Shown: positions 16,220-25,499 of the stretch, one piece after another
Numbering within the stretch: position 1 is the first letter of the stretch
Layout of the letters: each line of letters begins with the position of its first letter
Virus record (IMG/VR): IMGVR_UViG_3300037310_000514
Coordinates: 1-33,592 of that record
From: a virus
Lineage: Duplodnaviria; Caudoviricetes
DNA length: 33,592 nt
Strand: one strand, 5' to 3'
Made by a program: the position numbers and the translations under genes
Notes under the pieces: generated by a model
What the model was told of the DNA's origin: nothing
The model's input: only the letters and a program-made list of their open reading frames with translations
The model's database searches: none

Positions 16220-17029
16220 ATGGGCCTCAGCAATCCCCAGTTCGGTTCCAATCCCTTCGCCGGACAGAAGCTCTCCGAGCAGACTGCAGGCGCTTTCACG
16301 GGTGCGCTCGGCGGCGCCAATCGGATGGGCGGACTGGCCCAGTCGATCGTGAACCGGTACACGCCCGGCACCGTCGTGCCGCAGACTTTGGCAGGCACCG
16401 ATCTCCAGCCCTACATGAACCCGTTCACGCAGAGCGCAATCGGTTCGACGATGAGGGAGCTCGGCCGTCAGGAGCGGATGCAGCAGAACGCGCTCGCCTC
16501 CCAGGCCCAGGCCGCCAACGCTTTCGGCGGGGATCGCTTCGCCATTCAGCAGGCGGCCATGAACCGGGATTACGACGCGCTCCGGGCGGATGCTCTGAGC
16601 AGGCTCAACATGGCGAATTTCGCCCAGGCCCAGGCCGGAGCCGTCGGGGATATCGGCCGCAATCTTGCCGCCCAGCAGGGCAACCAGCAGATGCAGCAGA
16701 ACATGTTCGGCCTCGGCTCGCAGATGGGCCAGAACGCCCAGGAGGCCATGGCCCGCATGGCGAGCATGGGCTGGGGAATGGGGCAGGACATTCAGAACAA
16801 CCAGATGCTGGCCGGTGCGATGCAGCGGCAGCAGCAGCAGCAGCTGATCGACGCCGCCAAGGGCCAGTACGGCGGATACGTGAACGCCCCGTCTTCCGGG
16901 CTTGAGACTTTCCTCCAGTCGGTTCTATCGCCGGGCAGCGCCGGAACCCAGACCGTTTCCAGCAAGCCGGGGGTTTTCGACATGCTGGGCGGCGGGATCG
17001 GCGCACTCGGTTCGCTGTTCCTGAAATAG
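16220..17029 (+). CDS. Putative ejection (DNA transfer) protein
   Basis: AGGAG SD; Gln/Ala/Gly/Met-rich; YMNPFTQ and AFGGDR motifs; hydrophobic Gly-rich C-terminus. Confidence 0.75.
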   Translation: MGLSNPQFGSNPFAGQKLSEQTAGAFTGALGGANRMGGLAQSIVNRYTPGTVVPQTLAGTDLQPYMNPFTQSAIGSTMRELGRQERMQQNALASQAQAANAFGGDRFAIQQAAMNRDYDALRADALSRLNMANFAQAQAGAVGDIGRNLAAQQGNQQMQQNMFGLGSQMGQNAQEAMARMASMGWGMGQDIQNNQMLAGAMQRQQQQQLIDAAKGQYGGYVNAPSSGLETFLQSVLSPGSAGTQTVSSKPGVFDMLGGGIGALGSLFLK

Positions 17030-17041
17030 GAGACACCGGAG

Positions 17042-17794
17042 ATGATCGGCCTTCCATCCGTCCAGACAATGGAAGCCTACATCCGGCAGGCCGCCCGGGA
17101 ACGCGGGATCGATCCGGATGTGGCGGTGCGGGTGGCCCGCTTCGAAGGCCTGCGGGAGAACACATGGCAATCGTATGTCATGCAGCCTTACGGACGCGAG
17201 CGCTCGTACGGTCCCTTCCAGCTTCATGTCGCGCCGAAAGGCCGCCCGCAGGGACTGGGCAACGCCTTCATCCGGCAGACCGGCCTGGACCCTTCCGATC
17301 CCGCGACCTGGCGGCAGGGGGTCGATTTCGCCCTCAACAGCGCCTTGCGGAGCGGCTGGGGACCGTGGTTCGGAGCCGGGAAAGCGGGCGTGGGAAACTG
17401 GACGGGGATTAAGCCCGGGGCCGCTCCCGTCGCGCTTCTGTCGGCGTCCTATGCCCGGCCTCCGGCTCCGGTGCCCGGAATCCGGCCCAGTCTGGAATCC
17501 GCCATGCCGATCCCACTCCCGCAGGCCCGTCCGGCACCCATGTCTTTCATGGACGGAATCCGGCAGACTTTCGTTCCGCAGTCTGCGGGCCGGGCCGGGA
17601 CGCTGGGTGGCCTGCTCGGAGCGCTCGGCAGGATGGGCGGGGACAGCCGGATGCCCGGTCCGGTGCCCATGCAGCCGATCCGGAACGCACCGGCGTCCAT
17701 TCCCCGCCAATGGGCCGGAGCGGCCTCCCCGTATCCGGAAAACGGCGTTCTGCAACGGTTGCTGGACCGGCTCGGGATTCAGGAACAAGGATAG
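17042..17794 (+). CDS. Virion-associated lysozyme-fold / lytic transglycosylase-like protein
   Basis: YIRQAARERGIDPDVAVRVARFEG...SYGPFQL...GWGPW (catalytic Glu plus G.FQL motif); Pro-rich C-terminal tail. Confidence 0.78.
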   Translation: MIGLPSVQTMEAYIRQAARERGIDPDVAVRVARFEGLRENTWQSYVMQPYGRERSYGPFQLHVAPKGRPQGLGNAFIRQTGLDPSDPATWRQGVDFALNSALRSGWGPWFGAGKAGVGNWTGIKPGAAPVALLSASYARPPAPVPGIRPSLESAMPIPLPQARPAPMSFMDGIRQTFVPQSAGRAGTLGGLLGALGRMGGDSRMPGPVPMQPIRNAPASIPRQWAGAASPYPENGVLQRLLDRLGIQEQG

Positions 17795-17800
17795 ACCTCC

Positions 17801-19687
17801 ATGGCTCTCTACGATCTCTTCCGCGACGATCCGCACTTTGCCGATCCGCGCGCCTCCGTGCTTGCCCGTGCCGCCGGGCAATCTTCCGGCCGGGATGGAG
17901 GGCTTCTTTCGTCTCTCGGCGGGGAAGGCGGGATGCCGCTTGGGATGCGGATACTGATGCTCGGATCGGCCATCCAGTCCATGGGCGGCCGCCAGAACGG
18001 CACGATACCGCAGATTCTGCAGCTGCACTGGCAGAACGCGGCGGCGCGGGAACGGGGTGTGCAGGAGGCGCAGGAACGGGAACGCGCTCTTCGGTCGGCG
18101 CTCGCTTTCGCGGAAAAGACCGGGAACCGGGAACTGATTGAGGGATTGCAGAGCGGTGCCATCGACCCGTCGGCAGTCGTCAAGATCGGCATCGACATGG
18201 TTTTCGACGCCTACAGGAAATCTCTGGAGCCTCCGCCTCCCGCAGATGCGCAGCAGGAGATGTTCGAACGGATGCTGGGAGGCGCCGGAGGGACCGGAGA
18301 AGCCGCGCCTCCGGTTTCCTCCGGAGGTGCCGCGCCTCCGGTTTCCTCCGGAGGCGCCGAAGCCGCCGGGCCTCCGGTTTCCTTCGGCGGCATCGAATTT
18401 CCCCTTCCCGGAGAAGCTCCTTCGTTCGAAGACGCTTTCGCATCCGGTCCTTCGCTCACGGCTCCCGTTCCCGAGACGCGGGCCGAACCGGAAGACCCCC
18501 AGCTCGCCCAGGCGCGGGAGAATCTCCGGATTCCCGATCTCACGAGCGAGGAACTCTTCGATCTCCGGCTCGGCGGCGCGAAGAACCTTGGGGAGAACGT
18601 GGCGAAGCTCAGGGAAAAGCGCCGTGCGGCCGCGGAAGAAGCGCAGGGTCTGTTCCCCGGAAACTCCTTCGAGGCCAGCGTGTACAACTGGCTGATTTCC
18701 AAGGAAGGCGCGGACCCCACGAAGCTCCGGCAGTTCGCCCTCACCAAGACGTTCACGGACGCGAACGGCGTCTCGTATTTCATTTCTCCGCCCATGTCGG
18801 ACAGCGACCGGGGGAGCGTCCGCGTCACCGACAGGGAGGGCAACACGAAGACCATGTCCCTCGAAGAGCTTGCGCGGAATTTCGGCGCGGATGCCGGAAC
18901 GCCTCCGGCCGGAGAGGCGCGGATTCCCGCCGGAGAGGCGCAGGCTCCGGCTGCGAAGACGTTCGACGATTGGGCCGTCAAGGAAACGGCCGTCAACCCG
19001 GCCGTCCCAAAAACCGCAGACGCGATGGAAGCTCTCGCCGACGATTTCATCCAGCTTCGGAAGCTGCCCGCGAGCCGAAGAAGCGCCACGGCCGAGGAAG
19101 CCAAAGGCCGGGCCATATGGGCCGGATCGTACCGCTCGTTCCCGGCTGCGCTGGAAAATTTCGACGCCCTTTCCGAGGCGCGGAACACCTATCCGATGAT
19201 GGTGAGGGACAGGCTCCCGGAAGGGATGCAGCTTGAACGGTTCGCGATGAGCGAGAGGGGGAAAAGGGCGACCGACGCGATCAAGAACGTCGTCATCGCC
19301 TATACCTTCGCCCTCTCCGGCGCCCAGACCCCGGAGAAGGAATGGGAACGCAACTTTCAGCTTGTCATGCCCCATCCGGCCGACGGACCGGAAGTCGTTG
19401 CGGCGAAGAAGGAAATCCTGAAAGGCTTCATGGACACGATCAAGATGCGGACCGTCCGGGACATACCGTTCTCGGAAGCCATGGCCCCCATCTTCAACCC
19501 TGAAGAGGTGCTCGCGAACGCGGGAGCCGCGCAGCCCGGCAGGAAACCGGAAGTCGCGATGCCGCCGGGCGACACCATGCCCCCGCCGGAAGCCTTCGAG
19601 TTTCTCAGGAAGAACCCGGACAAAAGACGGCTTTTCGACGAACGGTACGGCGCGGGCTGGGCGGATTATGTGCTGGGCCGGGAGTGA
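17801..19687 (+). CDS. Putative ejection/internal virion protein (628 aa)
   Basis: Position in the ejection cluster, helical composition, C-terminal FLRKNPDKRRLFDERYG. Confidence 0.7.
   Translation: MALYDLFRDDPHFADPRASVLARAAGQSSGRDGGLLSSLGGEGGMPLGMRILMLGSAIQSMGGRQNGTIPQILQLHWQNAAARERGVQEAQERERALRSALAFAEKTGNRELIEGLQSGAIDPSAVVKIGIDMVFDAYRKSLEPPPPADAQQEMFERMLGGAGGTGEAAPPVSSGGAAPPVSSGGAEAAGPPVSFGGIEFPLPGEAPSFEDAFASGPSLTAPVPETRAEPEDPQLAQARENLRIPDLTSEELFDLRLGGAKNLGENVAKLREKRRAAAEEAQGLFPGNSFEASVYNWLISKEGADPTKLRQFALTKTFTDANGVSYFISPPMSDSDRGSVRVTDREGNTKTMSLEELARNFGADAGTPPAGEARIPAGEAQAPAAKTFDDWAVKETAVNPAVPKTADAMEALADDFIQLRKLPASRRSATAEEAKGRAIWAGSYRSFPAALENFDALSEARNTYPMMVRDRLPEGMQLERFAMSERGKRATDAIKNVVIAYTFALSGAQTPEKEWERNFQLVMPHPADGPEVVAAKKEILKGFMDTIKMRTVRDIPFSEAMAPIFNPEEVLANAGAAQPGRKPEVAMPPGDTMPPPEAFEFLRKNPDKRRLFDERYGAGWADYVLGRE
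18302..18391 (+). repeat. 27-bp in-frame tandem repeat (AAPPVSSGG x2 plus a degenerate third copy)
   Basis: GCCGCGCCTCCGGTTTCCTCCGGAGG at 18302 and 18329, with a degenerate copy ending near 18391. Confidence 0.85.
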
Positions 19688-19692
19688 CGGCG

Positions 19693-21471
19693 ATGGCCGA
19701 AGAGAAAAACCCTTTCGACGCGTGGGAGCCGGTTTCCCGCGCCGCCAATCCCTTCGACGCATGGGAGCCGGTTCTCCGGCAGCTTCCCGACAGGGAGCGG
19801 AACGTCGTCCGCTCCGTTACGGATTTCTTCGCGCGCAAACCCAGGCAGCTGGCAACCGGCGTAGCGAAAGCCGCGCTGGCCGCTCCGGAAATCCCCCAGG
19901 ACCTCATGTGGCTTCTCGCTTCCGGGCAGAACCAGCTCAGGCGGCTTTCCGATCCCGATCCGGAAGCCTACAAAGACCGGCAGCGGAAGATCGATGAGGA
20001 ATTCGAGGCCCTCGCATCGTCGTCCTACAATCCGGCGAGCTACACGCGGGGATTCCGGCAGGAGCTTTCGGAAGGCTACCTTCCTCGACCGAAAGACCCC
20101 ATCGACGTGGGGCTCCAGACCGCCGGAGAGTTCCTCGGGCCGGGACTGGCGGGGAAGGCTGCCGCCCTCGCCAAAGGCGGAAGGGCCGCCAGGGAGCTCA
20201 TACCGGCCCTGAAATCGGCCGGATGGGGGGCGGCGGGATCGGAAGCCGCCGGGCTCGCTTCCGAGGCGTTCGGCCTCGATCCTGCGCAGGAAGCCGTCGC
20301 CCGTGCGCTGAGCGGCGGTATCGCCCCTGCGATTTCGGTCCCGAGAGCGGTACGCCGTACCGGCGAACTTCCGTTCGCGGAGATGCGGAGAGCCGCGCCC
20401 ACGCCGGAAGCGCTCAGGGCCGAACGCAACCGGCTCTACACCGAAGCCGACAGGAACGCCGTCGAGGTTCCCGGCAACCGGATTCTCGATCTCGCACGGA
20501 ACATCCGGAAGGAATGGACGGCCGGGAACTACAATCCGGACCGGATCGCCCCGGCGGAAAAAGCCGTCCGCAAGATGGAGCGGGAGGTGACAACCCGCCA
20601 GAAGCTTCTCGACAAGGCCGTAGAAGCGGCCGAGAACAGGGCCGTCCGCATGAACGCGCACGCCACCCGTGCGGAGAACGCCGGGTGGAAGACCGCACCG
20701 AAAATCCGGGCGAAGGCCAACGACCTCTATGCCGACTACGACGCCGCGAAAAACGCCGCCAGGGCGGGACCTTCCGTTTCCACCGACATTCTCGAACAGC
20801 GGCGCCAGACGCTCAGCAGGGCGTCCGTGCATCCGGAGCCGTCCACCGGCGCGGCGGCCGGGATAGCCGTCCGGGAGCTCGACAAGTTTCTCGATCCCCT
20901 GCCGTCCACGCCGATCTACCGGGCGGCTCGCGAGACGGCGGTGCGGGAGATGCTGGACAGGAAGATCGGGAAGCTTGTCGAGAAGAAGATACCGACGTCG
21001 CAGATCGGCGAAGAGCAGGGCGGCCGGGCCGCCGCCGCCGCCGCTCTGACCCGGTTCGGGGAACGTCTGCCGCCGCAGGTGAACGAGCTTCTGCGCAGGG
21101 CGGTATCCCGCGAAGGTCCGATGGAAGCGATTCGCGTGCATTGGCCGGGACAGCTGCTGCGCCGGGCCACCGTACCGGTCGCCACGGCGGTCGGCAGCGT
21201 CATGGGCGGTCCGATAGGCGCGATTGCCGGTCTTGAGGTGGGCGGCAAGCTCACCGAACGCCTGCGCCGTGCCGGTGCCGCGAAGACGCGGAAACAGATC
21301 GAAGCCGCGCGCAGCACCCTGCGGGCCGGGGAACCGGCCTACCGGCGCGCCGAGGCGCTCAAACGACAGCGGCAGGAGCGGTTGCGCACGATACTGCGCA
21401 ACGAGCGGATCGCCGGAGGTGTCCTCGGCGCGCTGCTCGACCGCGAAGAAGAGTACGGCGGTCCGCGCTGA
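19693..21471 (+). CDS. Putative large ejection/internal virion protein
   Basis: GGGAG SD; N-terminal NPFDAWEPV duplicated; Ala/Gly-rich hydrophobic segments; last gene of the structural operon. Confidence 0.72.
   Translation: MAEEKNPFDAWEPVSRAANPFDAWEPVLRQLPDRERNVVRSVTDFFARKPRQLATGVAKAALAAPEIPQDLMWLLASGQNQLRRLSDPDPEAYKDRQRKIDEEFEALASSSYNPASYTRGFRQELSEGYLPRPKDPIDVGLQTAGEFLGPGLAGKAAALAKGGRAARELIPALKSAGWGAAGSEAAGLASEAFGLDPAQEAVARALSGGIAPAISVPRAVRRTGELPFAEMRRAAPTPEALRAERNRLYTEADRNAVEVPGNRILDLARNIRKEWTAGNYNPDRIAPAEKAVRKMEREVTTRQKLLDKAVEAAENRAVRMNAHATRAENAGWKTAPKIRAKANDLYADYDAAKNAARAGPSVSTDILEQRRQTLSRASVHPEPSTGAAAGIAVRELDKFLDPLPSTPIYRAARETAVREMLDRKIGKLVEKKIPTSQIGEEQGGRAAAAAALTRFGERLPPQVNELLRRAVSREGPMEAIRVHWPGQLLRRATVPVATAVGSVMGGPIGAIAGLEVGGKLTERLRRAGAAKTRKQIEAARSTLRAGEPAYRRAEALKRQRQERLRTILRNERIAGGVLGALLDREEEYGGPR
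19708..19773 (+). repeat. Duplicated NPFDAWEPV-coding segment (39-bp period)
   Basis: AACCCTTTCGACGCGTGGGAGCCGGTT at 19708 and AATCCCTTCGACGCATGGGAGCCGGTT at 19747. Confidence 0.8.
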
Positions 21472-21477
21472 ACGCCG

Positions 21478-21738
21478 CTACCGCCCGGTCGGTTTGGACA
21501 GGTAGACCAGAAATTCGACAAAGGCTATCGTACCCATGACGCCGAAAAAGGCGTAGCCCAGAACGAGCTTTGCGGTTTCCGGATCGTAGAGCCAGTAGCC
21601 GTAGCCCACCAGCCCCACGACGGCGGCCGCCAGGAGAGCGAGCAGCCAGAAAAGGATGAGAAGCAGCCCCCGATGGAAACGAAGGATGAAAAGAAGAGCG
21701 AACGCTCCCAGTACGATTCCGCCAGCTATCTCAAACAC
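21478..21738 (-). CDS. Small integral membrane protein (86 aa, ~3 TM)
   Basis: GTG start with AAGGAG SD; almost entirely hydrophobic (FEIAGGIVLGAFALLFIL...). Confidence 0.75.
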   Translation of the reverse strand: MFEIAGGIVLGAFALLFILRFHRGLLLILFWLLALLAAAVVGLVGYGYWLYDPETAKLVLGYAFFGVMGTIAFVEFLVYLSKPTGR

Positions 21739-21778
21739 GGTTCTCTCCTTGCATCGCCTGTATGGCCGTTTCCAACGT

Positions 21779-22987
21779 TCACGTATCCGGGTCGGCGTCG
21801 TCGGCGTCCCGGAATTCTTCGATAGCCGCCTGCGTCGGCACCCATTCCGGACGCGGATCGTCCTTGTGGACCGCAATCGGTCCGCTCGTTTTCACGACCA
21901 CCGCCCCGGCGGCCGCCAGCTCCTTCATCGCCTTCCGTCCGAGAACCGCTTCGCTCCTGGCCGGAGACAGCAGGACCGTTTCGGAAATCGATTTTTTCAC
22001 GCTTTCCGGAAGCTTCGTTTCGTCCCATTTCCGGATGCCCCGTTTCAGAACGAGCTTCCAGTCCGGGACGGTTCTTCCTTCGGTCATGCGGGTCAGGGCT
22101 TCGAGCTTCACGGCGCCGACCCATTTTTCGAAGACCGGCAGGCGGGACAGAACGAAGCTCAGATCGGCGTCGCTCAGTTCCTTCGGCGGTATGGGGTCTT
22201 TCGGCGCATCGACCTCCGCGAACTCGGCCGCGGCCAGCATCGCGTTGCGTCTCGCGAGCTCGGGACACCGGCCCGCCAGCGGGCAGAACCGGCAGTGTTC
22301 CCCGGAGACGTACCCGCCTTTCCCCGCCGCGATGCGTTCGACGGCTTCGACGATTTCGTCGCCGAAGGCGAGAAGCGCTTTCTGCGAATATTCCATCCGG
22401 CGCACGAAGCCGTCCTTGTGGGGCGCGCGGGGCTGGACGACATGCGCGACGACGCGGATTTTTTCGTCCGCTCCGGCGGCCAGCCATGCGGCGAGGCCGT
22501 AGAACCTGAGCTGCGGGGACGACGCTTCGACCGGCACGCCCGCTCCGTATTTGAAATCCACGACATGGAGGAATTCTCCGGCGCGAACGACGGCATCGGC
22601 GGTTCCGAACATGGGTTCCGGCATGTCCCGGCCGACAAGGTCGAAGAGCGGTTCCATGGACACCGGCCGCTCGATCTGCACGGTTCCCCGGCCGGGGCCT
22701 GCGATGAGCAGTTCGATATAGTCGATGGCCGTCTTCGCCGCGTCGATCATGTCCGGGCCTATCGGGATGTGGAACCCGTCCAGAACGGCGGTTTTCCCGA
22801 GCTGCGACGCGGGGTCGTCGCCGTGTTCGAACCAGTTTTCGACCAGCGCGTGGGCGACGGTTCCTTCGGCGGCATAGACGGACCCCGCCCCGGAAGGCAG
22901 GGTGCGCATCTTCCGGCCCGCCTCGGCGCAGTTCAGCCAGATCGAGGAATTGGAAGCCCCGAGATGCGCGTGCGCGTGCGCAACCAT
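21779..22987 (-). CDS. DUF2800 family PD-(D/E)XK (Cas4-like) exonuclease
   Basis: HA.LGAS...WLNC, AAEGTVAH, FGTAD, VVDFKYGAG, QLRFYGL, GEHCRFCP....CP (Fe-S cysteines). Confidence 0.9.
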   Translation of the reverse strand: MVAHAHAHLGASNSSIWLNCAEAGRKMRTLPSGAGSVYAAEGTVAHALVENWFEHGDDPASQLGKTAVLDGFHIPIGPDMIDAAKTAIDYIELLIAGPGRGTVQIERPVSMEPLFDLVGRDMPEPMFGTADAVVRAGEFLHVVDFKYGAGVPVEASSPQLRFYGLAAWLAAGADEKIRVVAHVVQPRAPHKDGFVRRMEYSQKALLAFGDEIVEAVERIAAGKGGYVSGEHCRFCPLAGRCPELARRNAMLAAAEFAEVDAPKDPIPPKELSDADLSFVLSRLPVFEKWVGAVKLEALTRMTEGRTVPDWKLVLKRGIRKWDETKLPESVKKSISETVLLSPARSEAVLGRKAMKELAAAGAVVVKTSGPIAVHKDDPRPEWVPTQAAIEEFRDADDADPDT

Positions 22988-22988
22988 G

Positions 22989-23588
22989 CTATACCCCCAT
23001 CGCCCGGAGACCGGCGTTCACGTCGGCGGCGAATTCGGCGGCCCGCTCCAAAGCGATTTCGTTGAAGCGCTTCACGCCGTACTTGCGCAGGAGCTCGCTC
23101 ACCAGTTCCCGGCCGCCGGGCTGGGCGTAGCTGGCGGCCAGCCGGTCCTTGGCGTCGGAAACGACGTCCACCGGACTCCTGGCTTCGGCCGGAGCTTCGG
23201 GTTTGGCCGGAGCCTCGGGTTTAGGCTTCGCCGCCTCCGCGTCTTTGCGCGGGCGCCCGATCTTGCCGCGAGGCTCCGCCGCCGGAACGGCGACAGCGGA
23301 GGATGGAATATCGGCCGGAGATGCGACGGCGGGGGACGGAATATCGACCCGGACGGCGGACGGAACGCCGCGCGTCTCCGGAGGTTCCGCCGCCGGAGCG
23401 GCGATGGAGGACGGAATATCGACCCGGACGGCGGACGGAACGCCGCGCGTTTCCGGGGGCTCCGCTTTGGGTTCGGCATCCGGGACGTTTTCCGGAACCC
23501 CGAACCCAGCCGTCATGCTCAGCAGCTGGAGCAGCTGCTGCCGCAGTTCGGTTGCACCGGAAGCTTCGACGGTCAAAACGATGGACAC
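22989..23588 (-). CDS. Pro/Ala-rich protein of the kind accompanying DUF2800/DUF2815 modules
   Basis: GTG start with GGGAG SD; low-complexity middle with GRPRK; C-terminal ELLRKYGVKRFNEI helical domain. Confidence 0.75.
   Translation of the reverse strand: MSIVLTVEASGATELRQQLLQLLSMTAGFGVPENVPDAEPKAEPPETRGVPSAVRVDIPSSIAAPAAEPPETRGVPSAVRVDIPSPAVASPADIPSSAVAVPAAEPRGKIGRPRKDAEAAKPKPEAPAKPEAPAEARSPVDVVSDAKDRLAASYAQPGGRELVSELLRKYGVKRFNEIALERAAEFAADVNAGLRAMGV
23301..23465 (-). repeat. 75-bp in-frame tandem duplication (AEPPETRGVPSAVRVDIPS) plus partial copy
   Basis: GGACGGAATATCGACCCGGACGGCGGACGGAACGCCGCGCGT at 23334 and 23409; partial copy at 23301. Confidence 0.85.
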
Positions 23589-23606
23589 GGTTTTTCTCCC
23601 TTGCGT

Positions 23607-24995
23607 TTAAACGAATATCTCGGCGATTTCGTCCGTCTTACGGGCCAGCACGCGCGCCACCCGTTCGTCGAGAGAGTTCTCGACGCTCATGAATGTGGCT
23701 ACGACGGTTCGCTTCTGCCCTATCCTGCGACACCTTGCCGCAGCCTGGTGGTTCTCCGCCGGAACCCACGACGCTTCCACGAAGAGCGCGTGTCGGGCGG
23801 CATGGAGGGAAACGGCGGTCCCGCAGGCGGTTATCTGCCCGACGAACGCCCGGTTGTCTCCCTCCTGGAATCCGGCTACCGCCTTCGCCCGCGCGGCATC
23901 GCCGTCGCGGCCGTCGATCTTCACGGGTTTCCACTGTGCGAGAACCCGCATCAGAGCGTCGAGCACCGCAATGTGCCAGACGAAGACGACAAGCTTGGCC
24001 TTGGGGTCCGGGGCGAGAATCTCTTCCGCGTATTCCAGAGCCGGAGCCACCTTGAGAAGCCCCAGCGCCTGCCGCGCCTGCGACACATGGAGCCCCCCGC
24101 CGGACGGCGCAAGCGCCTGCCGCATCCGGGCCAGAAACGCGTCGTCCGACTCGTATCCGCCCACCGGCAGCGCTCCGGCGATCCGGTAGGCTTCGGGGAT
24201 GAGATTTCCATCGACCGCCACCGGAAGCGTTCCCGTCAGCAGCGGCGGCATGTCCTTCACGACCTCGGAGAGCTTTCGGCGCAGCATGAGGCCCTTGAGC
24301 ATGGCGGTCAGCCTGGCTCCGTTGCGGGACCCGGAAATCGTCCGCACCCGGCGGCCATCCACCGGGATTTCCCGTACGACGCAGAATTCATCCTCGAACT
24401 CGCGGCGGGACATGTATCCCATGTCCGTGCAGACTTTCCGGACCGGAAGCCGCTCCGGCCAGAGATACCGGAGCATGGGATAGAGCTCCCCGTAATGGTT
24501 GGGCACCGGCGTGCCGGTGAGCATCCACATGCGCAGAGTCATGCTCTCCAAGGACAGGACTTCGGTCGTCCGATTGGCGTCCAGCGATTTGAGGTAATGG
24601 GCTTCGTCGCAGACGATTGCGTCGAACCGGGCCTTGATGAGGAACAGCCGCTCGCGAATGGCGGAGAGCCGTGCCCGGCCCTTCTGCGAGAAAAGGTCGT
24701 AGGAGCAGACGAAGACGCAGGGCTGCGCGGCCAGCGAAAGAGCTCTCACATCGGCCTGCGTCCGGACGACCTCGACGCGCCAGTCGAGGCCCATCCATCT
24801 CGGCCATTCGGTCTTCCATACGCCGCGCGCGACGGCCGGGCATACGACAAGGACCTTCATGGCTCCGGCAAGACGGCAGGCTTCGATGGCGGTGGCGGTC
24901 TTTCCGGTCCCCATTTCGTCGGCCAGGATCGCCCGGGCGTTCCGGGCGAGCCAGGCGGCGCCGGAAATCTGATGGGGCATGAGCTTGAGGGTCAT
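23607..24995 (-). CDS. SNF2-family (SF2) helicase
   Basis: LMPHQ, ILADEMGTGKT (Walker A), CDEAH (Walker B), LTGTP, QAAARCRRIGQ; ATGA coupling to the ruvC-like gene. Confidence 0.92.
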   Translation of the reverse strand: MTLKLMPHQISGAAWLARNARAILADEMGTGKTATAIEACRLAGAMKVLVVCPAVARGVWKTEWPRWMGLDWRVEVVRTQADVRALSLAAQPCVFVCSYDLFSQKGRARLSAIRERLFLIKARFDAIVCDEAHYLKSLDANRTTEVLSLESMTLRMWMLTGTPVPNHYGELYPMLRYLWPERLPVRKVCTDMGYMSRREFEDEFCVVREIPVDGRRVRTISGSRNGARLTAMLKGLMLRRKLSEVVKDMPPLLTGTLPVAVDGNLIPEAYRIAGALPVGGYESDDAFLARMRQALAPSGGGLHVSQARQALGLLKVAPALEYAEEILAPDPKAKLVVFVWHIAVLDALMRVLAQWKPVKIDGRDGDAARAKAVAGFQEGDNRAFVGQITACGTAVSLHAARHALFVEASWVPAENHQAAARCRRIGQKRTVVATFMSVENSLDERVARVLARKTDEIAEIFV

Positions 24996-25474
24996 CGCGT
25001 TTTCCGCTCGTACAGCCACAGCGCGATCAGCGCCGCCTCGGCCGAACCGTGATCCTTCCTGCGCGAGAATCCGTCCGCGCGGGACGGCCACACCCGCATG
25101 GCGAGCAGTCTGCTTTCGTCCTTGTTCTTGCCGAGCTTCATGTCTTTCTTCCAGACTGCCGGAGGCACTCTGACGACGGGAATCCCCAATCCCGCCAAAA
25201 TGCCGCAGACCGTACCGTAGGCCATGCCGAAAGTGAAAGTCGATGCGACGCCTTGCCGCGGCATGGCCGACGCCTCTTCGACGGCCGCCGTATCGACGAA
25301 CGGAGCGAGCTCCGAAAGCTTCCGGGCCAGCAGAACCTCGGCGACGACCGTCCGTTTGCGGGACTTGTCCACGTTCACGGACGGAACGGGAAAAACCTCG
25401 ATGAGTTCTCCCCGCGTATCGAGCAGAGCGAAAGCCCCGGAAACGCCGGGATCGACACCGAGAATCGCACCCAT
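24992..25474 (-). CDS. ruvC: RuvC-like Holliday junction resolvase
   Basis: ILGVDPG, VEE...MP.QGVASTFTFG..YG, P..WKK, D...EAALIA. Confidence 0.88.
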   Translation of the reverse strand: MGAILGVDPGVSGAFALLDTRGELIEVFPVPSVNVDKSRKRTVVAEVLLARKLSELAPFVDTAAVEEASAMPRQGVASTFTFGMAYGTVCGILAGLGIPVVRVPPAVWKKDMKLGKNKDESRLLAMRVWPSRADGFSRRKDHGSAEAALIALWLYERKTR

Positions 25475-25499
25475 CGAAACCGTTCCTTTTGCGCGGACG

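Noticed and set aside
16821-16845. CAG repeat (poly-Gln)
   Set aside because: Short and within a generally Gln-rich ejection protein; unremarkable.
7280-19762. Very long antisense or alternate-frame ORFs (7280..9991 -, 11454..14447 -, 11534..14410 +, 16925..19762 -; similarly 915..3158 - and 27018..29390 -)
   Set aside because: Expected shadows of GC-rich codon usage: Arg/Gly/Pro-rich, no motifs, fully overlapping well-supported genes.
21779-22987. Cas4-like nuclease as sign of a CRISPR system; 32.0-32.2 kb repeats as an array
   Set aside because: DUF2800 is a standard phage replication/recombination nuclease. The repeats are 11 bp, in mixed orientation and lack regular spacers.
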